DNA of 64,000 nucleotides, from NCBI GenBank assembly GCA_951406725.2, contig OX597824.1, positions 30,070,001 through 30,134,000 of the forward strand, in the 5' to 3' direction. This DNA comes from Octopus vulgaris (lineage: Eukaryota). Shown here one piece after another: positions 1-19,948 of this stretch. How positions within the stretch are numbered: the stretch's first letter is position 1; each line of letters starts with the position of its first letter. Under the pieces are notes generated by a model. The model saw only the letters and a program-made list of their open reading frames with translations. It ran no database searches and was not told where the DNA came from. The position numbers and the translations under genes were made by a program.

Positions 1-62
1 GTTTGCAAATTGTTTTTGTTACATGTTATTCTGTGTTCTGAATACTTTTATTTTAATAAATG

Positions 63-128
63 TTGCTTATGGATGATTCTTTTATGACTTCATTGCTTAT
101 GGATGATTCTTTTATGACTTCATTGCTT
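63..128. repeat. Perfect 30-bp tandem duplication
   Basis: TTGCTTATGGATGATTCTTTTATGACTTCA occurs twice (63-92, 93-122), followed by TTGCTT. Confidence 0.95.
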
Positions 129-791
129 TCAGGCTTAGCTTAAGGTATTTTTGCACCCAACATCACAAAATGTGTCTGAACAGCAAATAGAGACTCGGAC
201 ATTGCTTAGAAGATATTTTCCATTTTTAACCTCGTATATAGAATGCACTAGGGATTTTGACCATTAAATTTTGGAAAGAAAATGCAAATTATACTCGAGA
301 ATTTATGGTATATCATAACCAGCATATAGATATTAACAGCCACCTTTCTCATGCTTGCATAAATCAGATGGGCTATCTGCAGCCAGATGCCATTCTTCTT
401 GCGGAACATCCACTTTCAACCAAGGTTATACTTCTCTATGTCCAAACATGTTTTGTTGTTAGAATAGAAAAGAATATCACTGATGTATAACAGCGACATT
501 TGTTTACAACTATTGTGCAATATCAATAAAGACATCACAAACACACACACACTACCATTCACATACACACACTAACATTCACACACACGCACACACACAC
601 ATACTCACAAACTCATAAATACAATATATGTATATAATCTACTACAACCACTAACACAGCTTTGGCCAGCCGAAGGGATCCATGGAATACACTTGTTTCA
701 GATGTCATGTGATGGAAATGAACCAAGAACCACATGGTTGGAAAGCAAGCTTCTGAAATACACAGCTACATCTGCACCCTTCAATCTATTA

Positions 792-859
<68 letters not shown>

Positions 860-1034
860 ATAGATAGATAGATAGATAGATAGATGAATAGAGAAATATA
901 TATATACACACATATGTATATACATATATATATACACACATACACACACGCACACATATACATACATACACCCACACAAAGACACACAGCTTTAGGTATA
1001 TCTATTTGGCTCTCTTTTACACTCTCCTATTTTT

Positions 1035-1113
<79 letters not shown>

Positions 1114-1769
1114 TATATATATATACACGTAAATGTACGTCTTTATATTCATAGGGACACTTACACATACTCTCTTTCACACACACACACACACACTCAC
1201 ATATGTGTGTCTGTGTGTGTGTGTGTGTGTGTGTGTTTATCTGCATGTGTGTGTATGTATCTGCACACACACACACACACACACACACATACATAGATAA
1301 ACTGGTTGGCAGTAGAGTAAGTTTCTTTTATAAGCAATAAAATAACAGACCATGTATTAATAGTCTAGATGCCAATAAGTAGATTTTATACCAATAAATA
1401 TATACATTTTATATTTTGCCAAATGATACAAACAAAGAAAAAACACTCACAATATTTTTATATAAAGTCTTAAATCTAATTATGTATGCATATTCACAAC
1501 TCATAATCTTTAATTATGCAGCATATTTGCTCCTAGACATCAATAATGACAAATAAATTTGGATGTTTAATTATCCATTTGAACTAATTGTGTGTGATAC
1601 ATCTGAGACAGATGTCTGATTTATGTAGATTGCAATTTGGTTATTTGCATTTGGGAGCATAAATATATCTACATCTTTACATATATTGCAGAAACACACA
1701 CACACACACATACACACACATGCATACCTACACACACGTATATGTACACAGGCAAAACATACAAATCTG

Positions 1770-2275
1770 CATGTATACATACATACATACCTACATACTT
1801 ACATACACACCTACATACATACATACATACATGCATACATGCATACATACATATATAGATACATAGATACATGCATACATACATGCATACATACATGCAT
1901 ACATACATACATACATACATACATACAAACATACATACATACATGCATACATACATACATACATGCATACATATGTACATACAAACATACATACATACAT
2001 ACATACATACATACATGCATGCATACGTACGTACATACATACATACATACATGCATACATACATGCATACATACATGCATACATACATACATACATACAT
2101 ACATACAAACATACATACATTCATACAAACATACATACATACATCCATGCATGCATACATACATACATACATACATACATAAATACATACATACATGCAT
2201 GCATGCATGCATACATACATACATACATACATACATACATACATACATACATACATACATACATACATACAAACA
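1770..2275. repeat. (CATA)n microsatellite with CATG/CAAA variants
   Basis: Directly visible. It generates the HTYI/MYVC ORFs. Confidence 0.95.
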
Positions 2276-2698
2276 AAAATAGCCCGTTGTTGAGGCTGAA
2301 ATTCCAATGAAGGAACCTTGACTCTAGGTTAGGAACCGGCTCTTTCTCTATTGTTAAGAAGTCTTGAAATAAAACTGAACAAAAACATTCATCATCATCA
2401 TCATCATCATCATCGTCGTCGTTTAACGTCCGCTTTCCATGCTAGTTTGGGTTGGAAGGTTCAACTGGGGTCTGGGAAGCCAGAAGGCTGCACCAGGCCC
2501 AGTCTGATCTGGCAGTGTTTCTGCGGCTGGATGCCCTTCCTAACGCCAACCACTCGCCAACATATATACAAAAATGCAAAATTATATATTTATATATACG
2601 TTTTGCAGTTTTAATTTTGTTTGTGAAATGAAACAATTGTAGGTGAATATGCTAATTAATTAATTAATTTGTATCCATTAGATCTTTCTGTTTTGGAT

Positions 2699-3084
2699 AG
2701 TAGCTTGCTAACCAACCACATGGTTTCGGGTTCAGTCCCACTGCGTGGCATCTTGGGCAAGTGTCTTCTGCTATAGCCCCGGGCCGACCAATGCCTTGTG
2801 AGTGGATTTGGTAGACGGAAACTGAAAGAAGCCTGTCGTATATATGTATATATATGTGTGTGTGTGTATGTGTTTGTGTGTCTGTGTTTGTCCCCCTAGC
2901 ATTGCTTGACAACCGATGCTGGTGTGTTTACGTCCCCGTCACTTAGCGGTTCGGCAAAAGAGACCGATAGAATAAGTACTGGGCTTACAAAGAATAAGTC
3001 CCGGGGTTGATTTGCTCAATTAAAAGGCGGTGCTCCAGCATGGCCGCAGTCAAATGACTGAAACAAGTAAAAGAGTAAAGAGTA
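2699..3084 (+). mobile_element. tRNA-derived SINE, family A (Octopus-type, internal TA/TG microsatellite), near full length
   Basis: B-box-like GGTTCAGTCCC, core GGGCAAGTGTCTTCT...GTGGATTTGGTAGACGGAAACTGAAAGAAGCC, internal (TA)(TG)n and 3' tail AACAAGTAAAAGAGTA. There are many copies in the window. Confidence 0.85.
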
Positions 3085-3098
3085 ATATATGAACACAC

Positions 3099-3137
<39 letters not shown>

Positions 3138-3140
<3 letters not shown>

Positions 3141-3575
3141 TTAAATCCTTAAATCCTTAAAAATGTTTTAGCCCGAAGGCCGCGGCCATGCTGGGGCACC
3201 ACCGCTGAATGAGCTACACTAGTTTGTGAATCCACCTCTGATACGTGGCACTTGATCAACAAGGAGTTCGATGCTGCTGCCCGCATCCGTGTCTCCTGTC
3301 GTGAGGTAGGTTCATCTGGGACTCCCAACAAGAAGAGATCCAGTTTAGTTTTAAAGAAACCCACATCCACACCATGTAAGTCTCTCAGGCATTTAGGGAG
3401 GATGTTAAAGAGCTGTGGTCCTCTGAAACCCAAGCTGTTGCAGTATCTGGACCTGTATTTTGATGGTGATGTTGGAATCCTTGGCACCACGCAGCGGCGC
3501 CCCGTTCTGCGGTTGGAGTAACTTTGAATGCCAAATACGCTTACATTACTTTCATATATTTGAAAGGTGCCTGTT
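3138..3575 (-). mobile_element. 5'-truncated LINE 3' end (CR1/L2-group ORF2 C-terminus + 3'UTR)
   Basis: Translation ...RTGRRCVVPRIPTSPSKYRSRYCNSLGFRGPQLFNILPKCLRDLHGVDVGFFKTKLDLFLLGVPDEP...AASNSLL matches the typical post-RT 'LFNxLP...FKxxLD' motif. It ends in a short tandem tail (TTAAGGAT)n next to (TA)n. Confidence 0.8.
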
Positions 3576-3850
3576 AAGCAACATTTCCTTGTGTGTGTGC
3601 ATGTGTGTGTGTGTGTCTGCCTGTGTTTGTGTGTGTATATGTGTGTGAGTGTGTGTGTGTGTGTTTGTGTATGTATGTATGTATGTATGTATGTATGTAT
3701 AATGCACACATGTGTGTGAGTGCATATGCATTTATAATCATTATATGCACATAAACATACATGCATACATATTTATTTATATGTACAAATATGTAGATAT
3801 ATTCTTTTACATGTTTCAATCATTTGACTGTGGCCAAGCTGTAGCACTGC

Positions 3851-3890
<40 letters not shown>

Positions 3891-4387
3891 AAAAAAGTCA
3901 AGGTATATATATACCTGCATATATACATATGTATTATATTCATATGAATGTAAGTATGCATATCTGCTTGTATGTATGTATGTATGTATGAATGTATAAA
4001 TGTCACATCATGGAAGCACTATTTCAAGATCTTCAAGCTATTCAAGATCTTAAAAACCCATTATCATCTCGTTTCATTTATTTCTCAGGGTATCAGAAAT
4101 TCCCTCACAGCTCTGTAATTTTGTCAGTTACATCTGTCTCGATAACTTGGTGTCCAGGTCACAGAGCTACAATACAAATTTTGACACCTTAAGAAATACA
4201 CATGAAGTAAATATAATTGATTTTTATGCCTTCTTAAATGTACCATTCATTGTCTGATGTACCAATATGGTACTTCCAAAATGAAAGTTAAGTCAATTCC
4301 AATACATGGTCTCTGATGAAATCTGTTCCCAGTCAAAGCACTGATACATAGTCTTACACACCTCTGCCACTTACACACACACATAGA

Positions 4388-4424
<37 letters not shown>

Positions 4425-4535
4425 ATGTGTGCTTCCAGCCAGATTGTTCTAGGTTCAGTCCCATTGCATTCTTAGAAAAGTGTATTGGGACAACCAAAGC
4501 CTTGTGAGGGGGTAGAGAAAAACTAAAAGACCATC

Positions 4536-4574
<39 letters not shown>

Positions 4575-4592
4575 CATGTGTATGTGTATAAA

Positions 4593-4628
<36 letters not shown>

Positions 4629-5240
4629 TGTATATGTATCTAAAATAAACAAATGGCAACATATACTGAGTGTACAACCAGATGGGAGACAAACACAGAA
4701 GGTCCCTTATACTTCATTAGTTATCAACTAATTGGTACTACTTGGTTTTGCACAAGGCTTCCTATATTGATGGTGCCCCCGAAAATTCTTTTGCAGAAAA
4801 TCAGGGCTGAGAGCTAACAAAACAAAGTAAAACAATACAGTATGTGATTTAGGACACTGGACAAGGAGAAACAGACAAAATACGGCCTTAGGTCCAGGAA
4901 GACAAGAATAGTGGGTAACACTTAGAAGATATCCAAAAGGATGGAGAACAGAGAGACAGAGAATTTGCAACTGGTCAGCTACAGGACCAGTGTGAGAAAG
5001 GGAGAGGAAGGAAAGCTGGCTGTGGGTCACGTGATGTATGTATGTATGTATGTATGCATGTATGCATGTATCTGTATGTGTGTGCAAGTTAATGCCTTCT
5101 TTTCTTCACAGTCATATAAATGGTGTCCTTCATTCCCAAATTCTGTGAAAAAATTTCAGACCATTCCTTTACTTGGAACAGACATTGGCTAGCAAAAGGC
5201 AGGGAATATATACATATATACATACATATATATATATATA

Positions 5241-5861
5241 TCTATATATATAAAACTGTAGTTGTGTGAGTGTCTGTCTCCTACGGGTATCTTATAGTCG
5301 TGATTCATATCGAGCCTGTCTGGGTATTAGCGCACGTCTACGATGAGTCTACGATTTTAAAAATAATTTAACATCATTTTTTCCATTTTAACACATATTT
5401 TTTCGTGTGTCGATGGCGGCGGAGTTGGCGTCCATGGTCACACCTGCACCTGTGTTGCTTCTCCCCCTTCTTCCCTCCCTTGTGAAGCTGTGGGGAAGGG
5501 AGTGTAAGGAAATCAACGTCGTAAAGCATTGTCAAGGAGACCAGCGTTCTTCTAGAACGACTTCATGGCTTGAAGACACCAAAACAGAAATGGCTAAGAA
5601 AGCGTCTACGATGAGTCTACGATTTAAAAAAAAATTTACCATCATTTTTTTCCATTTTAATGCATTTTTTCGCTATTATATAAGGGAAGTAACTCTCTAA
5701 AAATGTCTACGATGAGTCAACGATTAAAAAAAAAAATTACCATCATTTTTTATTCCATTTTTAATGCATTTTTTTGCTAATTTTTTTTGCTATAACTCTC
5801 TAAAAATGCTTATATAGTTATTTCCCTTACAAACCCGAGCAACGCCGGGCGATACTGCTAG
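5241..5861 (+). mobile_element. Non-autonomous Helitron (621 bp)
   Basis: 5' end A|TCTATATATATAAAA. 3' GC hairpin CCCG-agcaacgc-CGGG (5834-5849) followed by CTAG|T. Inserted between A and T in a (TA)n tract with no TSD. Three internal direct repeats of GTCTACGATGAGTC(T/A)ACGATT...CATCATTTTT at about 5336, 5604 and 5705. Confidence 0.85.
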
Positions 5862-6044
5862 TATATATATATATATATATATATGCATAAATTTACTATT
5901 CCCTTATTGGTGGGATCAACAAAACAAGTACACCATCCATTGTAACTGACAAAAATAAAGAAATTTGTAAATACCATATAATGTACATAGTATTTAAATT
6001 TCAGCTACTATTAGTTTCATGCTATGAAAACGCCATATTCTTTT

Positions 6045-6230
6045 CTTTGTTCCAGTCACTTGACTGCTGCCATGATGGAGCACCGCCTTTAGTCAAACAA
6101 ATCAAACCCAGGACTTATTCTTTGTAAGTCTCTTTTGCCAATCACCTGAGTTATGGGGATGCAAAAACACACCAACATTAGTTGTCAAGCGATGGTGGGG
6201 GAACAAACACAGACATATAAACATATATGT

Positions 6231-6282
<52 letters not shown>

Positions 6283-6432
6283 TTCTTTCAGTTTCCATCT
6301 ACTGAATCCATGAACAAGGCTTTGGTTGGCCCAAGTCTATAGCAGAAGACACTTACCCAATGTACCACTCAGTGAGACTGAACCTGGAAGCATGTGGCTG
6401 GTAAGAAAGTTACTTACCACATAGCCACTCCT
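6045..6432 (-). mobile_element. SINE family A copy
   Basis: Reverse complement of the 2699-3084 element. Further partial heads at about 655-780(-), 4430-4535(+), 6655-6800(-), 6855-6980(+) and 9188-9340(+). Confidence 0.8.
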
Positions 6433-6519
6433 ACATATGTATGTATGTATGTGTATGTGTGTATGTATGTATGTATGTATGTATGTATGTATGTATGTAT
6501 GCATGTATGTATGTATGTA

Positions 6520-6584
<65 letters not shown>

Positions 6585-7094
6585 TTATATACACACACAC
6601 AAATATTTACACACATACATACGCACACACACAAATATGTTTATATATAAAATACACAGTTTCAGTTTCAGCATGCCTAAACTACAAACAAGGCTTGGGT
6701 CAGCCCAGGACAATAGTAGAAGAGACTTGCCCAAGGTATCGCAGTGGGACTGAACCACAGGGTGCATGATTGGGAAGCAAGCTTCTTCACTCTCCAGGCA
6801 TGACCATAATTTATACATACACCTCTCTCTGTATATATACATATAGATACATGTAATAAGAAGTTTGAATCTCAGTCACATAGTTCTGGGTTCAGTCTCA
6901 CATTGGGCAAGAATTATAGACTCAGATCAATGAAAGACTTGTGAGTGGATTTGGTAGATGGAAACTGAAAGAAGCCTATTGTAAATATACATATATATGT
7001 GTGTGTGTGTATGTGTGTGTGTGTGTATACATACATGTATGTTCGTATTTCTATATTTAAATCTATGTACATATGTATGCATGAGTGTGTATGC

Positions 7095-7163
<69 letters not shown>

Positions 7164-7379
7164 CAGATAGATAGATAGATGAATATACATGAAAATATAA
7201 GTGTTCTTTTCTGTATTTTTCACAGGTTATTGTACCTGTAGATGGGTAGAAACTCTGAATATGAAATAGTATGAACTGTGGTGAACCATCCCATTTATGG
7301 TGTTAAGAAATGTTGGCATAGAATGATACTGATAATAATGAAATAGATTTATAAATAAATAATTATCCACCTGCATACC

Positions 7380-14000
<6,621 letters not shown>

Positions 14001-14829
14001 TATTTGTAAGTGTATGTATAAACATATGTTAAATGTTCACACTATAAACGGAGAAAAACCATAAAATTTACCTTCCTTGTATTCTTCCTAATTTTATATT
14101 TACCTATCTTTCTTCAGTAATGTCCAAACTTGTGTTTTTTGTTTCTTTATTCTCATTAACATCAATGAATTTGTATGTTTGTAATAAGTATCCAATTTGC
14201 CTAAACTGAATGATATTTCATTCTTTATTTTTTTCTTTTCCTGAATTTTCGAAAATGTATCAAGATAAAGAAAAATAGGAGATTTGAAGAATACCATTCC
14301 TAACACCAGCTAATATTTTGATAGAACTTTATTTCTTAATGAAGAATACAGAAAATAATTCGAATGTTTTGAAGTGAAGAATCAAGTTTTCTGTAGTTCA
14401 CCTGTTTATTGAATAATTTACAAAATTTCTATATTTATTAATATCTTTCACAAATTAAAAAGAAACACATACACACACACACTGATAAGAAAATTGCAAC
14501 TTTTTTTTATCCAAAAATTATATGAAAATATAGATTTAAATGCCATTCTTAGGTCTTCTCTAAGTATAAGTCACATTGGAACTGAAAATTTTTGTCTTAT
14601 TTTTTTGCATGGAAAAAAGTTTTTTGGTAAAGTGGATGATTCCAAGTCATTCTTTATTTCTCTTCTGTGTGTCTTCCCAATTTATTACTATTTGTTATGT
14701 TGGGGGGCTGTGTTTTTTTTCGATTTTTGTCGTCGCTAATTTAAAAATAAAAGTTGAAGAAAAAAAATCCAAAGAGTTGGTTAAAAACTAAAAGTACCCC
14801 TCTCCTTAAGTTCGGCACAATTTTAGTCG

Positions 14830-16763
14830 GTAGAATATGTCATGTGACGTTGAAGGACCAATGACTGTTGGTGTTTGGTAAAGTGGCACCGTAGTGGGAG
14901 GAGAGGGAGGAGTATGAATGACGGCCCTGAATTACTGTCGGATGTCGAACTTGGCCAGTTTACAGTGTGCAGTCCTGCAAGTTGCAGCAACATGCACGCT
15001 CTTTAGTCCTTATTTAGCGTGTGATTACTATTCACATTTCTGGACATTTTTTAAAAATATAATTCCATATATGTCTTCTAATTCAGACATAACATATTTA
15101 ACTCTGCAGACTTTCATCACTTCATAGAACGCAATTTATTTTATATATTCTACATACTATGTATTTGGATGCTTTTCTTTTATTAACCAGGGACCGCTAA
15201 ATTACACCGAACGTAGCTCCCTGATTTAGCGGTCATCATTCTTTTTTATGTCCCCTGCTGAATAGCTTCCCTTATTTAATCTACCCTTCACCTTCCTCAT
15301 CACCGAACTGTTTTCAAATCAACTCTCTCTAATAACATCTGTGTATTTCTCTGCACCTCTCTATTAGTTTCTGCCCGGTGCTCACACCACCTAATCACTT
15401 ACTCTATCTCTCTTTATTTTCTCCCTGTGTAATAACCTGTATTTCTCTCAGTTCTCTCTCTGACTACTCCCCCACACTATTCTATACACAAAAACAGTAG
15501 TGTCCTTCCTCCTCGTGAGAGGGGCAGTCGGAGCAAGAGAAGTGAGTGTGTGAATGCTACCCCTACTGTTATGACTACTGTTACTATCCCCAGCAACTTC
15601 TCAACATTAAGTCCTGGGCTTCCAACACACTTCACATCTAGCAACCCAGTACGCCGCCGCCACCACCACCACCACCACTCTCTCTCCTCGCACTCCCTCC
15701 TCTCTATGCTCAGTATATGAGAGAGAGAGAGAAGAGTTAGACATACAACTCTTACTGGCCGGCCATCCTGTCACGATCACAAGCTGAAATCAACCGCCAT
15801 TATCAGTTAACTAAGAAACACAATTATTTATACATTTCTCAAGTCAATTGTAAAACGCATCGCTCGAGAAAAAACCCAGCAAAATGTCTATCTATGACCC
15901 ACGAGGACATGTACCATGGTAATTCACAAAGAGATAAGTGATAGACCAGCACTGACACGGACCTTTACAACTACAAAGACCCTGGCCACAGCAACCAACC
16001 ATTGCGGTCCCCGCCGCAATTTCTTCCTAAAGGGTCTGCTAAGTACACAGTACGAACAGACTCGGTTATGTAGGAACTTACTGGCCACAAGAAAAGTCTT
16101 ATTCCTTTTTCAGAGACAACATTTTCATGGATATTCTGTATATAAATATAGTGACATAGCTATAGTTAGATGGCCGTCACTATTATACAAGATTGTTTTT
16201 AACTGCTCAGCTTCGTACTCTATTACTTCTTCACCCTCTCATTATAATCACTCTTCCTAATATATATATATATATATATTTATACTTCTATATATATATA
16301 TACTATAGCAATATATATATATATATATATAGGCGATCTTTCATATAGATATATATTCTCGATCCTTTACCATCATCTCGCACTTGTTTATTCATACCTT
16401 TCCTACTATTTTTTTCTCACTCACACTCCAGTTGTAAACTTTACTCTCACCATCGCTCCCCTACCTCCTCTTCTGCTCTCATCATCATCATTATTATTAT
16501 TATTATTATTATTGTGGTTTCTATCCGATCGACTAATATATTTAAATTATATTTTAACCCCCCTGTTTCTCTCTAAACAAACACATAATATATATATATA
16601 TAATATCCATCATTATTACATATATGTATAAATTCCTTGCTTTATTTCTTCACCACTATCGCCGTTTTCCTCCTCCCACCACGTCTGTAATCTAGCCTCC
16701 CACTATCACTTGCCATTTCTACCTTTTTGCTGCTGCTGCTGCTGCTGCTGACACACAACCAAC
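14830..16763. promoter_or_regulatory. Probable promoter / 5' leader region of LRIG, possibly bidirectional
   Basis: This stretch is SINE-free and locally richer in CpG. It holds GTCATGTGAC (14839-14848, M-box/E-box-like) overlapping TGACGT (CRE half-site), CCAAT at 14858, GA-rich tracts, and (GCC)(ACC) and (CTG)n runs upstream of the ATG. The TSS cannot be located from sequence alone. Confidence 0.5.
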
Positions 16764-17062
16764 ATGGCGGCGGCGGCGGTGGTGGCAGTTATGGGTCGCC
16801 CCTTGTTGGTCTTTCTTTTGGTGTTTTCCTTGATCCTATCTGTGCAGACTGGATCTTCTGCAAATGCCAAAGGTTCGGAGATGTTGAAGAACAACACGAC
16901 CAAGTCTAAAAAAACACCATCCAGCATGTCCACACCGTATGTTGCTAGGACTGCACATAACCAGTGTCCATCTAAATGTAACTGTTTAGGATCTTTCGTC
17001 GACTGTAGTAAACAGGGATTTCAACATGTCCCACCAGATCTCCCTTCCTGGGTTGAATTCTT
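16764..17062 (+). CDS. LRIG: LRIG-family protein (leucine-rich repeats and immunoglobulin-like domains), coding exon 1: signal peptide + LRR N-terminal cap
   Basis: The ATG is in a strong context (accaacATGG). It is followed by a hydrophobic signal peptide (MAAAAVVAVMGRPLLVFLLVFSLILSVQTGSSA) and an LRRNT, CPSKCNCLGSFVDCSKQGFQHVPPDLPSWVEFL, which resembles the LRIG-type cap (CPxxCxCLGxxxDCS...LPSW). The exon ends at TT|GTAAGT, a canonical phase-2 donor at 17063. Confidence 0.85.
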
Positions 17063-18255
17063 GTAAGTATTGTTCCTTTATCTTCTGTTTTTTTATTTTA
17101 TATCAGTTTATGCACTCATTGTTTATATTGCATCGTTTAAAAACATCCCATTATTAGTTCAATGTAATCAAGTATTTGACACTTCCCTAATCATGTTATA
17201 GTGTTATATTAATTAGCTCTAATGACACAAACTCTCCATCTATATATATATAATATCTATTTATAATATATATATATATACACACACACATACAAATATA
17301 TGCATACACAAATGTATATACATGTACACAAATATATGTATATACATACATCTACACATATGTATATATACACATATATATATGTATATATATATACTCG
17401 TGCACAAATATATGTATATACACATATATCTCTATGTATCAATTTTTTCACTGTCAATATCATCACTATGGTAAACATCTTTGTTTAACGCACCTTATTA
17501 CAGATATTATTATTTTTATTTTTATCTAAGTGGGATAAATCATTAAGTTCAACATGTTCTCTTCTGTTTAAACTTGACTTCAGTATTTGTGGGTGTTACA
17601 GACTTCCCCCCAAAACATTGCTTTATCACTGATTATAAATTTGTACACCATACACACACAAAGCAAATACATCCCTCTAGAAACTATATTTGTATGTGTG
17701 TGTGTGTAGACATGATATAGTTCAGTGTGTAATTAACTTAGTATAAATGCTTGTGTTAACCTTCACATATACACATCACACACACACACGTGTATATATT
17801 GTGTGTGTATGCCAACACGGACATATCTGCACAGTCCACCTAGACTGACAAACAGTTAATCATTTCAGATGATGCATTATTTTGCTAGAGAGGACCTTTT
17901 ATTAAACATTAACATTTCATTTCGATTTTTATCACTACTACTACTACCACCACCACCACCATCATCATCATTATTGATGCTTTTACTAAATTAGTTATCC
18001 TGATGAAGCTCTACGTTGTGTTACTGCTGGTTGGTATAAGGTTTATTTCAGAGTTAGCACTATCAAGTAGATCTTACAATAAAGTGTTTGATTATGGAAA
18101 AGATATCATCATCGTGTATTTTTTTGATGATTTATCTCTCTTGGTCAAGTATTGCTCTCTGTACAGCTGTGTAATTAATACCACCGTCTTGTAAAGGTTT
18201 GTTTCGTTGTGTAACATGATACATAAATACTTATAAACACACATTCACATATGTG

Positions 18256-18297
<42 letters not shown>

Positions 18298-19196
18298 TAT
18301 AAATACTATCAGATATGCATATACACATACGCTATGATGATGGTATATAGTGTGTGTGTGTGTGTTAACACATCGTTTCGTTTGTGTGCATAAAAAGTCC
18401 TGGTGGTTATTATTTAACTATCACACGAAATCCCATTTCTAATGTATATGAGTCCCTCATGCATCTCTGCATTTGTTCAGAGCACTGCAAGAGATAAGGG
18501 GTCAACAGTTCCAACCTCTCTCGTAACTGATTCAGCCGTTCATTCCATGTCAATGCATCTTCTATCGGCCAAATTATTGCTTCAGAATGCGTTATTATTG
18601 CTCTGAGGAATATCTCATAAGTCCGTCATCATACACATTATTATTATTTTTGCCCTCTGTCACACAGTATTATATTGAGCAACAAATTTTAAATGATTTA
18701 CTAATGTTTAATGTTGGTTACTAAGTCGGCTATTTATAGAATATTGAGAAGTGTATCTTTTTTGTTTATAGATTAAAACAATATTATCTAAAACGGATTA
18801 TATTGTCTCTCTGAGACTAACTCGATATCCCTGGATATACACACACATACAAAAGCATTAGGATTGTTGATTTCTTCCCTAGTTGTAAAGAAATGTCTTT
18901 CCCCTTATATACTGTGAAATGTACCGTGTTTCCCTCTTTTTGTTTATAAAATTAGGTGCCCCAACACCAGATTAGAACTGTAACACTTTTTACCTTCTGA
19001 AACGTAATTGAATGCGAAAAGAATACTTTGAAATGTTTACAATACATAGATAGATAAACACACACACACATGCGTACTTGTGTGTATGTACAGCTTAAAC
19101 ACTCGTGCATACAGATATAGCTATAAACTAGTTTTAAAATCTTTTATCCAAATGTACAAGCAATAACTGCATTAATAGTGCGGGACATTTTTACAA

Positions 19197-19235
<39 letters not shown>

Positions 19236-19895
19236 TGTCTATAGATGTGTATATATGTAAATAAGTGGGTACGCACATGTGTATATAGTGGCGCGTGTTT
19301 AAGTTTTTTTTTTTAATATATAAAACCTTATACGCACCTATACTTACTATATGTACGTATAATATGCTTACAATATGTAACTATATTGTTTATATGTATA
19401 TGGTGTGTATATATGTGTGTGTGCGTACGTATGTATAAATTTATACACACACACTGCATGCACTACAAATTCGACCATTGTATACATTGTCCTCTCTCAT
19501 ATAAAGAGACGTATATATACGCATAATATATATATATATATATATATAGACACAGAAAGTCTGCGTTTACATTATACGCACTCACCATATATTTACATTG
19601 AATATATTCTATTATACTACATACGCATTTATATAATAAATTATTGATATATTTGGGGATGGTCATCTTTTGCCAATTAAACACGCGCACTATTTATAAT
19701 TTGATCTGCACTTTAGCCTTCCGATTATTATTTAGTTTATAATAAATTATATTCACACAAAAAGATTTTATGCAGATCTTCAACAATAGATGTGTATATA
19801 TTCACATGCACCTAAGAAGGAACTCTCATTACATACATACATACATACATACATATGTATGTATATTCATATATATCGCTCAGAGATTTATTATT

Positions 19896-19948
<53 letters not shown>

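Noticed and set aside
5336-5770. Repeat-spacer-like triplet resembling a CRISPR array
   Set aside because: Spacing is irregular (about 270 and 100 bp), the repeats are internal to a Helitron, the context is eukaryotic and there are no cas genes.
15916-16260. 114-aa ORF upstream of LRIG
   Set aside because: It has no recognisable domain or splice link to exon 1, and is at most a uORF or chance ORF.
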